From: an uncultured Oscillospiraceae bacterium
GTDB taxonomy: Bacteria > Bacillota > Clostridia > Oscillospirales > Oscillospiraceae
Length of the DNA: 59,639 nucleotides
Assembly (NCBI GenBank): GCA_947624585.1
Contig: CANQKZ010000001.1
Span: 1 to 59,639, forward strand
Reading direction: 5' to 3'
A model generated the notes under the pieces. It did no database searches. It saw only the letters and a list, made by a program, of their open reading frames with translations, and was not told where the DNA came from. A program made the position numbers and the translations under genes. Below are positions 8,647 to 17,110 of this stretch, piece by piece. The first letter of the stretch is position 1. Each line of letters opens with the position of its first letter.

Positions 8647-9403
8647 GTATGAGTGGGCGGAAAAGATGATCGGCAACAGGGACCTGGGGAAAAAGCCGGT
8701 GGAGACGCTGAGCCGCGTGGCCAGGTATTACTATGAGAACAGCTATGGCAAGCGGGATATCCGGCGGCGGCTGGACGCCTTCCTGCTCCAGTGCGACCCC
8801 AACGCGTCTTTGGTCCACTGGTCGGACACCCTGGACAGGATCGTCCGGGGCGTGGGGCGGTATAAGCTTGTGCGGATGAAGGAGGTGGCAGTCCACGAGC
8901 CGGAGCTTCGGCGCATCGAGACGCTGGAGGGGAAGCAGCTGCGCAGGCTGGCCTTTACCCTCCTGTGCGTGGCCCGGTATTGGGACAACGTCTCCGAGGC
9001 CAACAATCACTGGGTCAACACACAGGACAAGGAAATCATGAAGCTTGCGAACATCGCTACCTCCATTAAGCGGCAGAGCGCCATGATGGGACAGCTCAGA
9101 AAGCTGGGGTTCATACGGTTTTCCAAGAAAATCGACAACCTGAACGTCCGGGTGCTGTTTATGGAGGACGGGCCGGACGCCATACATATCCAGGACTTTC
9201 GGAACCTGGGCTACCAGTATTTGAAATATTGCGGGGAGCCGTACTTTGAGTGCGTGAGCTGCGGCATCACGGAGAAGATCCGGGAGCCCAACCGGGGCAG
9301 GCCGCCTAAATACTGTCCCGCCTGCGCCGCGCAGATGAGGACGAGGCAGAATGTCAACGCGGTGATGAGAAGAAGACAAGTCAGTGAGGAGGTTATGAGA
9401 TGA
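8627..9403 (+). CDS. Hypothetical protein with a C-terminal zinc ribbon
   Basis: ATG at 8627 after GGAGGAGAG. The C-terminus has CVSCG..(16)..CPAC. The start overlaps the preceding gene. Confidence 0.6.
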   Translation: MSIELNEYEWAEKMIGNRDLGKKPVETLSRVARYYYENSYGKRDIRRRLDAFLLQCDPNASLVHWSDTLDRIVRGVGRYKLVRMKEVAVHEPELRRIETLEGKQLRRLAFTLLCVARYWDNVSEANNHWVNTQDKEIMKLANIATSIKRQSAMMGQLRKLGFIRFSKKIDNLNVRVLFMEDGPDAIHIQDFRNLGYQYLKYCGEPYFECVSCGITEKIREPNRGRPPKYCPACAAQMRTRQNVNAVMRRRQVSEEVMR

Positions 9404-9765
9404 AGGGTGTGACGATTATTGCGGAGCATGTGGTGAAGAACGGCGGAGACGGCGCGTGGCTGGCCAGGGCTCTCTTTGCGGGATTTGGCGTCCTTTTGTT
9501 GTTAGGGATGTTTGGCCTCTTTTTAAAGGACTGCCATGACAGTTATTTTGATATCTATGACTGGGGCGTGGTCCTGATTGCGCTGCTGGCGATCCTGTGC
9601 TTCGGTTTTATGTGCGCTGGTGCCGCAAAGAATTTTGCCGATGATTCGACGCACATGGAATATACGGTCAAGCTGGACGAGAGGGCGAGCTATCTGGAGT
9701 TTACGGAGAGGTACGAGGTGCTGGAGGAAGAGGACGGAGTGTGTAGGGTCAGGGAGAGGGGGTAG
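9400..9765 (+). CDS. Small membrane protein, two predicted TM segments
   Basis: The ATG overlaps the upstream stop (ATGAGATGA). Hydrophobic stretches are LARALFAGFGVLLLLGMFGLFL and VVLIALLAILCFGFMCAGA. Confidence 0.6.
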   Translation: MKGVTIIAEHVVKNGGDGAWLARALFAGFGVLLLLGMFGLFLKDCHDSYFDIYDWGVVLIALLAILCFGFMCAGAAKNFADDSTHMEYTVKLDERASYLEFTERYEVLEEEDGVCRVRERG

Positions 9766-10300
9766 GGGAGGGGCGTCACCGTTTGTCTGCCTGTGCTGGA
9801 CGGAACCACCCCGGCGCTGCGCGCCACCCCGACCTAGGAGGGGCAACGTAGTTGGAGGCGGGTGCGGTTTGTCGGGGCCGGTCTGTCATCCAACCTTCGC
9901 TTCCCCCCTGCCCCCCTCCTACGAGGAGGGGGCTTAAAAGGTTGCGGCTTCGCCGCATTCTTTGATTTGTCCGCTGCGGCGGGGACGACCCTTTCGGCGC
10001 CTGCGGGCGCCACCTCCCCCGTGGGGGAGGTAGGGACGAGGGACGGGGGGCGAAGGCTCGAATACCCCGCCGCTGCGGCGGCACCCCATCTCCGGCCTAA
10101 GAGCCGCCCCTTCGGGGCGGTTGGCCTCCGAAACACGCCTGCGGGCGTAGTCTTTCCCAAAGAGGGGTTAAGGGGAATAAGGTTGCGGCTTCGCCGCGTT
10201 TTGATTATCCGCTGCGGCAACCCTTCCGGCGCTTCGCGCCACCTCCCCCAGGGGGAGGTTTGCGGGACCTGCCACCACATGCTGTGCTTGAATGGATTGT
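9766..10300. repeat. Mosaic GC-rich hairpin array R1 (unit order D-E-B-A-C-I-B-A)
   Basis: Units are shared with the other arrays. Examples are D at 9802-9844 (GGAACCACCCCGGCGCTGCGCGCCACCCCGACCTAGGAGGGGC), the hairpin CCCCCTCCT-ACG-AGGAGGGGG at 9912-9932, and the A unit ending CCTCCCCC-GT-GGGGGAGG at 10013-10030. The ORFs across it are Pro/Arg/Gly-rich shadows. Confidence 0.85.
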
Positions 10301-10461
10301 AGAGGCTTGATTTTGGGTTGCGTGTTGGAAAAAAGTTGGGGTCTGAAACCCTTGGGGGACAAGGATTTTTGGCTTGGTTGATGGGGTGTATGTATGAATG
10401 GTAATCATATCATCCCATCATGGCGCGAGCCAAATAAAAAGTAAAGGGTGAACGAAAGAAA

Positions 10462-10659
10462 TTGATCGCGATCAACAAAGAGGAGAGCCGCCTTATCCGG
10501 GAGAGATTCCCGAGGGTGACCATCGTCAGGACTATGCGGCAGAAGTCCGCGCGGCACCGCTATTATATGGAGGAGTCGCCCAAGGCTGCGAGGCTGATCG
10601 AGAGGCTGCGGGGAGCTGAGAAAAAGGAAAACGCGGTCTATACGCAGGCCCATAGGTGA
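10462..10659 (+). CDS. Small hypothetical protein
   Basis: 65-aa ORF with a TTG start, basic and helix-rich. It sits directly upstream of the phosphoesterase gene. Confidence 0.45.
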   Translation: MIAINKEESRLIRERFPRVTIVRTMRQKSARHRYYMEESPKAARLIERLRGAEKKENAVYTQAHR

Positions 10660-10675
10660 AATGGGGGTGTCATAG

Positions 10676-11866
10676 ATGGACTTATCGCAGAGGCCGAATG
10701 AGAGCAATTTGGACTATCATAAGCGCCTTGTCTATGGCAAGCTCACGGACAAAACGCTGGCGGATGTGGATTATTCGGAGCTGGCCGAGGCGCTGTACGG
10801 ACAAGCCTATGCCTCCGACGTGGCGAGAAGGATGGTGTACGGGAGCAAGCGCACGCTTGACGCCCTTGCCTTGGATGCCGAAACGGATATTGAAAGCGCG
10901 GATATCCTGACGGAGTTGGACACCAAAAAGGTCGAGCTCCAAAAGGAGCGCCAGAAGTTTTTTGACCAGCGTAACGCCTTCAATAAGGCGGTGCGGGAGC
11001 GGGCCAGGCAGGAGGAGCTCAATGAGATTCTGCTGCGGGCCGTGCGGGAGGGGGATTTGCCGGAGCTCAGGTATGAGCCGCGGGAGACGGCGCCTTCGGA
11101 CAACGACCTTCTGGTGAGCCTTAATGACCTGCACTATGGGGCGGTGGTGGAGAACTACTGGAATACATACAGCCCCGAGCGGTGCCGGGAGATGATGTGC
11201 GCGTATCTCGACAGGATCGTCGAGATCGGGCGGCTCCACAAAAGCCAGCGGTGTATTGTCTGGGAGAACGGGGACGCCATCAGCGGGAACATCCACCAGT
11301 CCATCGCCGTGACGAACAAGGAAAACGTCATCGAGCAGATCAAGGGGGTGTCGGAGCTCATCGCGGAATTCTTGGCGGAGCTGAGCCGGCATTTTGAGGC
11401 GGTGGTCTTCGTCAGCGTGGCGGGGAACCACAGCCGTCTCAATCCCAACAAGGAGATGGCGCTGGTGAGCGAGCGGCTGGATGACCTGGTGGAGTGGTAT
11501 CTAAAGGCGAGGCTCCAAGCTTTTGAGAACGTGACTATCGGCGGGGCCAGGAAGATAGACAACACCATGTACCTCATGGACGTGCGGGGGCGTACCTACT
11601 GCGGCGTCCACGGGGACTTTGACGACACGCCGGGGAAGGTGCAGACGCTTCAGACCATGGCCGGCAAGCCGGTGTACGCGGTCCTATCCGGGCACCGGCA
11701 CCACAACGAGCTGGGGGAGGTGCAGGGCGTGAAGACCGTTATGGCCGGGAGCTTCCTGGGCATGGACGACTACTGCGTCCAGAAGAGGATCGTCGGGCGG
11801 GCGGAGCAGATCGTCTGCGTCTGCACGGAGGACGGGATCTTGTGTTCCTATGACATTCCGCTGTGA
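10676..11866 (+). CDS. Calcineurin-like metallophosphoesterase (SbcD/Mre11-type nuclease candidate)
   Basis: Ordered motifs DLHYG, GDAISG, GNHS, HGDF and GHRHH. Confidence 0.8.
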   Translation: MDLSQRPNESNLDYHKRLVYGKLTDKTLADVDYSELAEALYGQAYASDVARRMVYGSKRTLDALALDAETDIESADILTELDTKKVELQKERQKFFDQRNAFNKAVRERARQEELNEILLRAVREGDLPELRYEPRETAPSDNDLLVSLNDLHYGAVVENYWNTYSPERCREMMCAYLDRIVEIGRLHKSQRCIVWENGDAISGNIHQSIAVTNKENVIEQIKGVSELIAEFLAELSRHFEAVVFVSVAGNHSRLNPNKEMALVSERLDDLVEWYLKARLQAFENVTIGGARKIDNTMYLMDVRGRTYCGVHGDFDDTPGKVQTLQTMAGKPVYAVLSGHRHHNELGEVQGVKTVMAGSFLGMDDYCVQKRIVGRAEQIVCVCTEDGILCSYDIPL

Positions 11867-11869
11867 TCG

Positions 11870-12590
11870 GGCTGGCCGAAAGGCCCTGGTCCACCATATC
11901 GCGGGGAAATCCCCCGCCAGTTTCTCCACACCAGACAGGAATCGGGCGCTGTGAAACGCAGCTCGTCTGGCCGCACAGACTATAAATCATATTGCGGAAC
12001 GTGTGCGCAATGAGGCATTCGGGCCCGGCGATCTCTCGGACGCAGATCGGATGTAAGTCCTCAACATTGAACAGAACCCGGCACGCGACGTCCTCGCTGA
12101 AGCCGCTTTGCCTTACCGCCACGCAAGCGTGACGGCTCGGGCGCGGGCTTCGCTCGTCCTCTCCCCACGCAATCTTTGATTGCGCGGGGACCCTAATGAG
12201 ACGACGATGCGGACCACGCCGGGTCAATTAAGACATATTTACCTCACGCCGCCGTGTGGACAGTCCGGTGCCTACCGGGAAAGAGCGGCGGCCTGGGGTG
12301 GATATATTTGAACAATCCCATAGCGGTAAGCCTCCCAAACATCCGGGAAGTGCTGAGCCTATGGGGTTTAGAAGCCCTGGCACGGGCTGTAGTGCCGAAT
12401 GTGTGCGGTGGCGGGATAGACACCGCCACCCGCATACTTTATATGCGGAGTGCTTGAAGCAGAAGCCGGAGGCGCTGACCGGTCAACGGCGCTGAGGGTG
12501 TGGCGGGTCACGCCCGTCTCTCCGCTCCAAAGCGCAAGCGGGCGTTGAAGCGCGAGAAGTTAAGTGCCGTATTCAGGGCGACGGGCTGGC
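11870..12590. other. ORF-free, hairpin-rich ~720-bp region; candidate large structured RNA or cis-acting site; strand unknown
   Basis: No ORF has an RBS or a recognisable protein. Many local and nested stems are present: GGCC-GAAA-GGCC (11873-11884), GCGCAATC-TTTG-ATTGCGC (12167-12185), CCCATAG(12317)...CTATGGG(12365), GGTGGCGG-GATAGACA-CCGCCACC (12407-12430) and GCATA-CTTTA-TATGC (12432-12446). Confidence 0.4.
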
Positions 12591-13065
12591 GGTGGCTGAT
12601 GATAAGACGCAGCGCGGCGCTTGTTATGTGAAAATTGGGGCGGAACCACCCCTGCCGCGCTTTGCGCGGCTGTCCCCTCCGTTGGAGGGGCTAAAGGGGA
12701 GCACACGGGTAGTCTTGCCCCTCCTACGGAGGGGTGGCGCGAAGCGCCGGGGTGGTGCTGCAATCCGTCTACCGGAAGCGTCCGTTACGCTCCACGGGCT
12801 CGAATACCCCGCCGCCGCGGCGGCACCCCTCTTCCCCGAAGAGGGGTTAAGGGGAATAAGGTTGCGCCGCGTTGCGGCGCTCTTTTATTATCCGCTGCGG
12901 TGGCCCCTTCGGCGCTTCGCGCCACCTCCCCCAAGGGGGAGGCAACCCTTTCGGCGCCTTGCGCCACCTCCCCTGGAGGGGAGGCTAAAGACGAAGGCGC
13001 AGCCCTGAAGGGGGCCCTTTCGGCGCTGCGCGCCACCTCCCCCAAGGGGAAGGTAAAAAGGGGCG
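12590..13065. repeat. Mosaic GC-rich hairpin array R2
   Basis: It contains D-type units in both orientations (12640-12695 forward, 12720-12770 inverted), C and B units (12795-12900), and three consecutive A units (12904-13055). Confidence 0.85.
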
Positions 13066-13107
13066 GGGTTGACAGAGATTGAACGAAAGAAAGGGAGAAG
13101 AAAAGGA

Positions 13108-13425
13108 ATGTTGATCAATAAATCGGATTTTGTCCAGCAGCTGGTGGACAAGTATGGGTATACGAAGGGGTCCGCCTCGACGCTGGTGGACGACTTTTTG
13201 GAGCTTTTGACTGAGGATATGGCCGAGGGGATGTCCGTGTCCTTTTATGGATTCGGGCGCTTTGGGGTCATTGAGCATGGGGGTGGGAATTGCAGGAACC
13301 CGAAGACGGGGGAGCCCTGCGATACCGCCTCTTACTATATCACCCGCTTCTATCCCGGGCAGGGCATGAAGCTGGCCGCCAGGAAGTGCGGGGACCTGTG
13401 GAAGTCGCGGAGAAGGGCGGTGTGA
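13108..13425 (+). CDS. HU/IHF-family DNA-binding protein
   Basis: NKSDFVQQLV...FYGFGRFGVIEHGGGNCRNPKTGEP...FYPGQGMK follows the HU consensus (GFGxFxV..R..RxGRNPxTGE..I....F.PGK.LK). RBS AAGGGAGAAGAAAAGG precedes the ATG at 13108. Confidence 0.8.
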   Translation: MLINKSDFVQQLVDKYGYTKGSASTLVDDFLELLTEDMAEGMSVSFYGFGRFGVIEHGGGNCRNPKTGEPCDTASYYITRFYPGQGMKLAARKCGDLWKSRRRAV

Positions 13426-13426
13426 G

Positions 13427-14446
13427 ATGGCGGACGCGCCGAAGCGAAAGAGGCTTGAAAAGACCGTTTCCGATCCGCCGCCGGTGGGAAACCAGAAGTT
13501 CTACTGCCCCCGGTGCGGTACGGCGTACAGCCGGCAGAAGGGGTATTTTCCGGTGAGCCACAGCCCTATGTACCGGATGGGCGGGTATTTGCCCTGGTGC
13601 AGTGAATGTGTGGACGAGATGTACGACGAGTACCGGAAAAAGTTGGGGGACGACCGGCGCGCCATGAAGCGGATGTGCATGAAGATGGATCTCTATTGGA
13701 GCGACAGCATCTTCGACATGGTGGAGCGGACGGCAGGGGTCAACTCACGCATCAGAAGCTACATCGGGAAGACGAATATCATCCGCTACATAGATAAGAC
13801 CTATGACGACACCCTCCAGGAGGAGGAGAAAAAGGGCGCGGCCGTCTCCCTCGCGCCCGCCGCCGACGCCGACGGAGAGGACGAGGCGGGTGTGGACGAC
13901 GAGCTTATCGAGTTCTGGGGCACCGGTTATGACGCGGATTCCTATAAGGATCTGGACAGGCGGTACACCAAGTGGACAAGCGGTGTGAAGAATATCTCCC
14001 CGGTCCACGAGGCGCTTTATAAGACCATCTGCATCAACGAGCAGATCATCGCCAGGAGCGGCGCCAAGGGGGACGTGGCGGACAAGGCGCAGAAGAACAT
14101 GATGGACGCCCTCAGCGCCCTGAACATCAAACCCTCTCAGGTCAAGAATGACAGCCAGGACGCGGAGGTGGAGAAGATGCCGCTGGGCGTGGGCATCCAA
14201 ACGTGGGAGTTTCATAGGCCGCTCCCCAGGACGCCGGAGGAGCTGAAGGACCAAAGCCGGCTCAAGAGAAATATCCTCACCTGGTTCGTGGGGAAGACCA
14301 GCAAAATGGTGGGCGCCAAGAACAGCTATTCCCGTATGTACGAGGAGGCCATGGACAAATACCGCGTCCGAAAGCCGGAGTACGCCGGCGAGGATGACGA
14401 CACGATCCTCGCTGATATTTTCGGAGACGGGGGTGACGGCGGATGA
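13427..14446 (+). CDS. Putative terminase small subunit with an N-terminal zinc ribbon
   Basis: It lies immediately upstream of terL and is translationally coupled to it (ATGA overlap at 14443). It has CPRCG...CSEC and an acidic linker. Confidence 0.55.
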   Translation: MADAPKRKRLEKTVSDPPPVGNQKFYCPRCGTAYSRQKGYFPVSHSPMYRMGGYLPWCSECVDEMYDEYRKKLGDDRRAMKRMCMKMDLYWSDSIFDMVERTAGVNSRIRSYIGKTNIIRYIDKTYDDTLQEEEKKGAAVSLAPAADADGEDEAGVDDELIEFWGTGYDADSYKDLDRRYTKWTSGVKNISPVHEALYKTICINEQIIARSGAKGDVADKAQKNMMDALSALNIKPSQVKNDSQDAEVEKMPLGVGIQTWEFHRPLPRTPEELKDQSRLKRNILTWFVGKTSKMVGAKNSYSRMYEEAMDKYRVRKPEYAGEDDDTILADIFGDGGDGG

Positions 14447-15075
14447 GTCAGGGACAGTCGAGGCGGGAGCGGGTCGTCGAGGGGATGGCGATCTGGGGGA
14501 GTTACTACCGGGAGAACATCGACGAGTTCGTGACGGACTACCTGGGGTTCACCTTTTTGAAGTGGTTTCAGCTGGCGCTTCTCGTGATGATGAATTGCTG
14601 CCGGACCTTTGTTTTGATCGCGGCCCGAGGAATCGGAAAGTCCTTCCTGGTGGCGATCTTCGCCTGCGTCCGGTGCATTTTGTACCCGGGGACGCAGGTG
14701 GTCATCACCTCCGGGACCAGGGGGCAGGCCATCAACGTCCTGGAGAAGATCCAGGTACAGCTCATGCGGGATTCCACGAATCTGCGCAACGAGATCGACC
14801 TGGAAAAATCCAAGTTCTCCGGCCAGGACGCCAAGGTGCTTTTCAAAAACGGGAGCTACATCAAGGTGGTCACGGCCAACGACTACGCCCGCAGCAACAG
14901 GGCGAACATTTTGATCGTGGACGAGTTCAGGATGCTCCGCAAGGACACCGTGGATACCGTCCTCAAGAAGTTCCTGACAAGCCGGCGGATGCCGGCGTAC
15001 AGCGAGCTGACGGACGCCGAGCGCAAAGCGGAATACGCCAAGGAGCCCAACGAGTCCTTCTACTTATCATCGGCT
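14443..15075 (+). CDS. terL: Terminase large subunit, exon 1 (ATPase domain)
   Basis: Walker A is ARGIGKSF, Walker B is ILIVDEF, and motif III is YLSSA at the exon end. TAA follows immediately as the first intron codon. Confidence 0.85.
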
Positions 15076-15945
15076 TAACGAAATAGGCCGCCAGCGCAGT
15101 AATGCACCGGTACTGATCCATCGAATTGCTGGAAACCCCTTAGAGCCATGCAGACCACAACGTAAGGATGAGAGATGCCTAAGCGTGAAGGTTTGAAAAC
15201 TGTATGGATTGGGCAATCAGCAGCCAAGCCCCGAATAGGGGAAGGTTCAACGACTATCCCGTTGAGGGAGTAGGCCGCAAGCTACTGGCGGTCGAAGCGG
15301 TGGACGCCCGTTTACGGGCGAAGATATAGTCTGAACTTTGTGGAAACGCAAAGATAATATTGGAGGTTTGGCGAACCTTTATTTGTGATTATTTGGGGGC
15401 TTCAATAATGCCAACGGAAAAAAGGGATTACAGTATTCTCGGGCAAAAATTTGGAAGGCTTGTCGTTTTAGATTTTGCCGGAAAGGATAAAGCAGGGCAT
15501 ACGCTTTTGAGATGCAAGTGCGACTGCGGGGCCGAGGTAATTGTTTCGAGGAGCAATTTGAAATCCGGGGCGACTTCATCGTGTGGCTGCGCGAGGAAAG
15601 AAATTGTTTCAAGCCTCAAAACGACACATGGCGGGAAGGGAACGCGCCTGTATAGAGTGTGGCAGGGTATGCGTGAACGATGCTCGAATCCAAACCACTC
15701 CTCTTATATGCTTTATGGCGGTAGGGGAATATCGGTATGTGATGAGTGGGATCGGGACTACTCTGCGTTCAGAGATTGGGCCATTGCCAACGGGTATGAC
15801 CCAACAGCGAAACGAGGAGAGTGTACCCTTGACCGCGTCGATTGTAACGGCTGTTATTGTCCTGAAAATTGTAGATGGGTTTCTATGCTCGTACAAAGCA
15901 ATAATAGGAGAAATAGTCACAAATAATCATCCAATAAACAAATTG
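15076..15945 (+). mobile_element. Group I intron in terL carrying a homing-endonuclease ORF
   Basis: P1 is formed by exon CGGCU (15071-15075) pairing with intron GGCCG (15086-15090), with a U.G wobble at the splice site. The core at 15211-15333 includes ACGACTATCCC, GGGAGTAGGC and GAAGATATAGTCTG. The terminal G is 15945. Splicing joins ..FYLSSA|YFKDHWSY.. in frame. Confidence 0.85.
15408..15926 (+). CDS. Intron-encoded HNH-like homing endonuclease candidate
   Basis: Paralogue of 7127-7765, with CKCDCG..SCGC, YGGRGISVCDEW and LDRVDCNGCYCPENCRWVSMLVQSNN. The likely start is ATG 15408; the track start at 15360 is less likely. Confidence 0.7.
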   Translation: MPTEKRDYSILGQKFGRLVVLDFAGKDKAGHTLLRCKCDCGAEVIVSRSNLKSGATSSCGCARKEIVSSLKTTHGGKGTRLYRVWQGMRERCSNPNHSSYMLYGGRGISVCDEWDRDYSAFRDWAIANGYDPTAKRGECTLDRVDCNGCYCPENCRWVSMLVQSNNRRNSHK

Positions 15946-17064
15946 TATTTCAAAGACCATTGGTCCTACACAAAGACGGTGGACACCTTTAAGGTGATGC
16001 TGGACGACACGAGGGCGGACTTTGTTTGCGGGCTTCCGTATCAGCTCTCCATCCAGGAGGGGCTTCTGTTCCCGGAGGATGTGGAGAGCGATATGCTGGA
16101 GTCGGACTTTAATGAGATAAAGTGGTCGATGGAGATGGAAGCGGATTTCTTCGGGGATGACGGGGACGCGTTTTTTGACTATAACTCGATCTCAAAGAAC
16201 AGGCGCATCCAATATCCCATGCTGCCGGAGAGGTTGGCCTCGGTTTTGGGGCATCCGAAGAGTATGAGGATACCGCCGAAACAGCCGGGGGAGATGAGGA
16301 TCCTGTCGGCGGATATTGCGCTTATGTCCAGCAAAAAGCAGAATAACGACGCCTCGGCGATCTTCATAAACCAGATGCTCCCCACGAAGGCGGGGCGGTA
16401 CATCAGCAACATCGTCTATACGGAATCCTCGGAGGGCCTGCGCACGGACGCGCAGGCTTTAGTTATACGCAAGCTCTTTGACGAGTTCCAATGCGACTAT
16501 ATCGTGCTGGATACCAACGGCGTGGGGCTTGGCGTCTTTGACGAGCTCTGCCACGACATCCCGGACCCGGACTCCGGGGAGATCTATCCGGCGCTTTCGT
16601 GCTGCAACGACCCAACCATGGCGGAGCGGTGCACCAACAAGGACGCGGAGAAGGTCATCTGGTCCATGAAGGCCACCAACAAGGTGAATTCCGATTGCGC
16701 GGTGCTTTTGAGAGACGGCTTCCGCAACGGACGGTTGAGACTGCTGGTCACGGAGTACGACGCCGGGGAGCTGTTGGATGGCGTGGAGGAGTTCAGGAAG
16801 CTGAGCCCGCAGCAGCAGGAGGTCGTGAAGCTGCCGTATACCAATACGACGCTTTTGATCAACGAGCTTGTGAATCTGCAAAGCGAAACGACGCCGGCGG
16901 GGGTGCGGGTCTATGAAAAGACCGGCATGAGAAAGGACCGGTATTCCAGCCTCAGCTACAACTTCTATGTGGCGACACAGCTGGAGGCAAAACAGACGAG
17001 ACGGCGCAGGAGCCAGGAGGAGCCGACGAGCTTCTTCCTGTACAGGGCGCCGAAAATCAAATAG
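15946..17064 (+). CDS. terL: Terminase large subunit, exon 2 (nuclease domain)
   Basis: It continues exon 1. Acidic motifs ILSADIALMS and DYIVLDTNGVGLGVFDEL are typical of the TerL RNase-H-like nuclease domain. Confidence 0.85.
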   Translation, partial: YFKDHWSYTKTVDTFKVMLDDTRADFVCGLPYQLSIQEGLLFPEDVESDMLESDFNEIKWSMEMEADFFGDDGDAFFDYNSISKNRRIQYPMLPERLASVLGHPKSMRIPPKQPGEMRILSADIALMSSKKQNNDASAIFINQMLPTKAGRYISNIVYTESSEGLRTDAQALVIRKLFDEFQCDYIVLDTNGVGLGVFDELCHDIPDPDSGEIYPALSCCNDPTMAERCTNKDAEKVIWSMKATNKVNSDCAVLLRDGFRNGRLRLLVTEYDAGELLDGVEEFRKLSPQQQEVVKLPYTNTTLLINELVNLQSETTPAGVRVYEKTGMRKDRYSSLSYNFYVATQLEAKQTRRRRSQEEPTSFFLYRAPKIK

Positions 17065-17110
17065 AAAGGGGGCGACAAGAACGGACGAGCAGAAAAAGGA
17101 CGTGGGAGGC

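Noticed and set aside
9766-10300. A possible CRISPR array, because of many short GC-rich repeats in non-coding DNA
   Set aside because: The units are of several different types, are themselves palindromic, and are spaced irregularly and often abut each other. There is no constant repeat with unique spacers, and no cas genes are present.
12001-12420. A group II intron, suggested by GTGCG at 12001 within the ORF-free region
   Set aside because: No domain V-like 34-nt hairpin (GAGCCGTAT...GAAA...ACGGTTC) is present, there is no intron-encoded RT, and no interrupted host gene flanks it.
12592-13082. ORFs inside the hairpin arrays (for example 12592-13008, 12621-13082, 9834-10280, 18721-19173, 27728-28057)
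   Set aside because: Their translations are Pro/Arg/Gly repeats generated by the palindromic units. They are open in several frames and on both strands at once, and they have no RBS or start context.
15583-15945. The track ORF 15583-17064 read as a single terL C-terminal gene starting at 15583
   Set aside because: Its first ~120 codons overlap the intron-encoded endonuclease gene in another frame and give a nonsensical peptide. The real exon 2 begins at the 3' splice site (15946).
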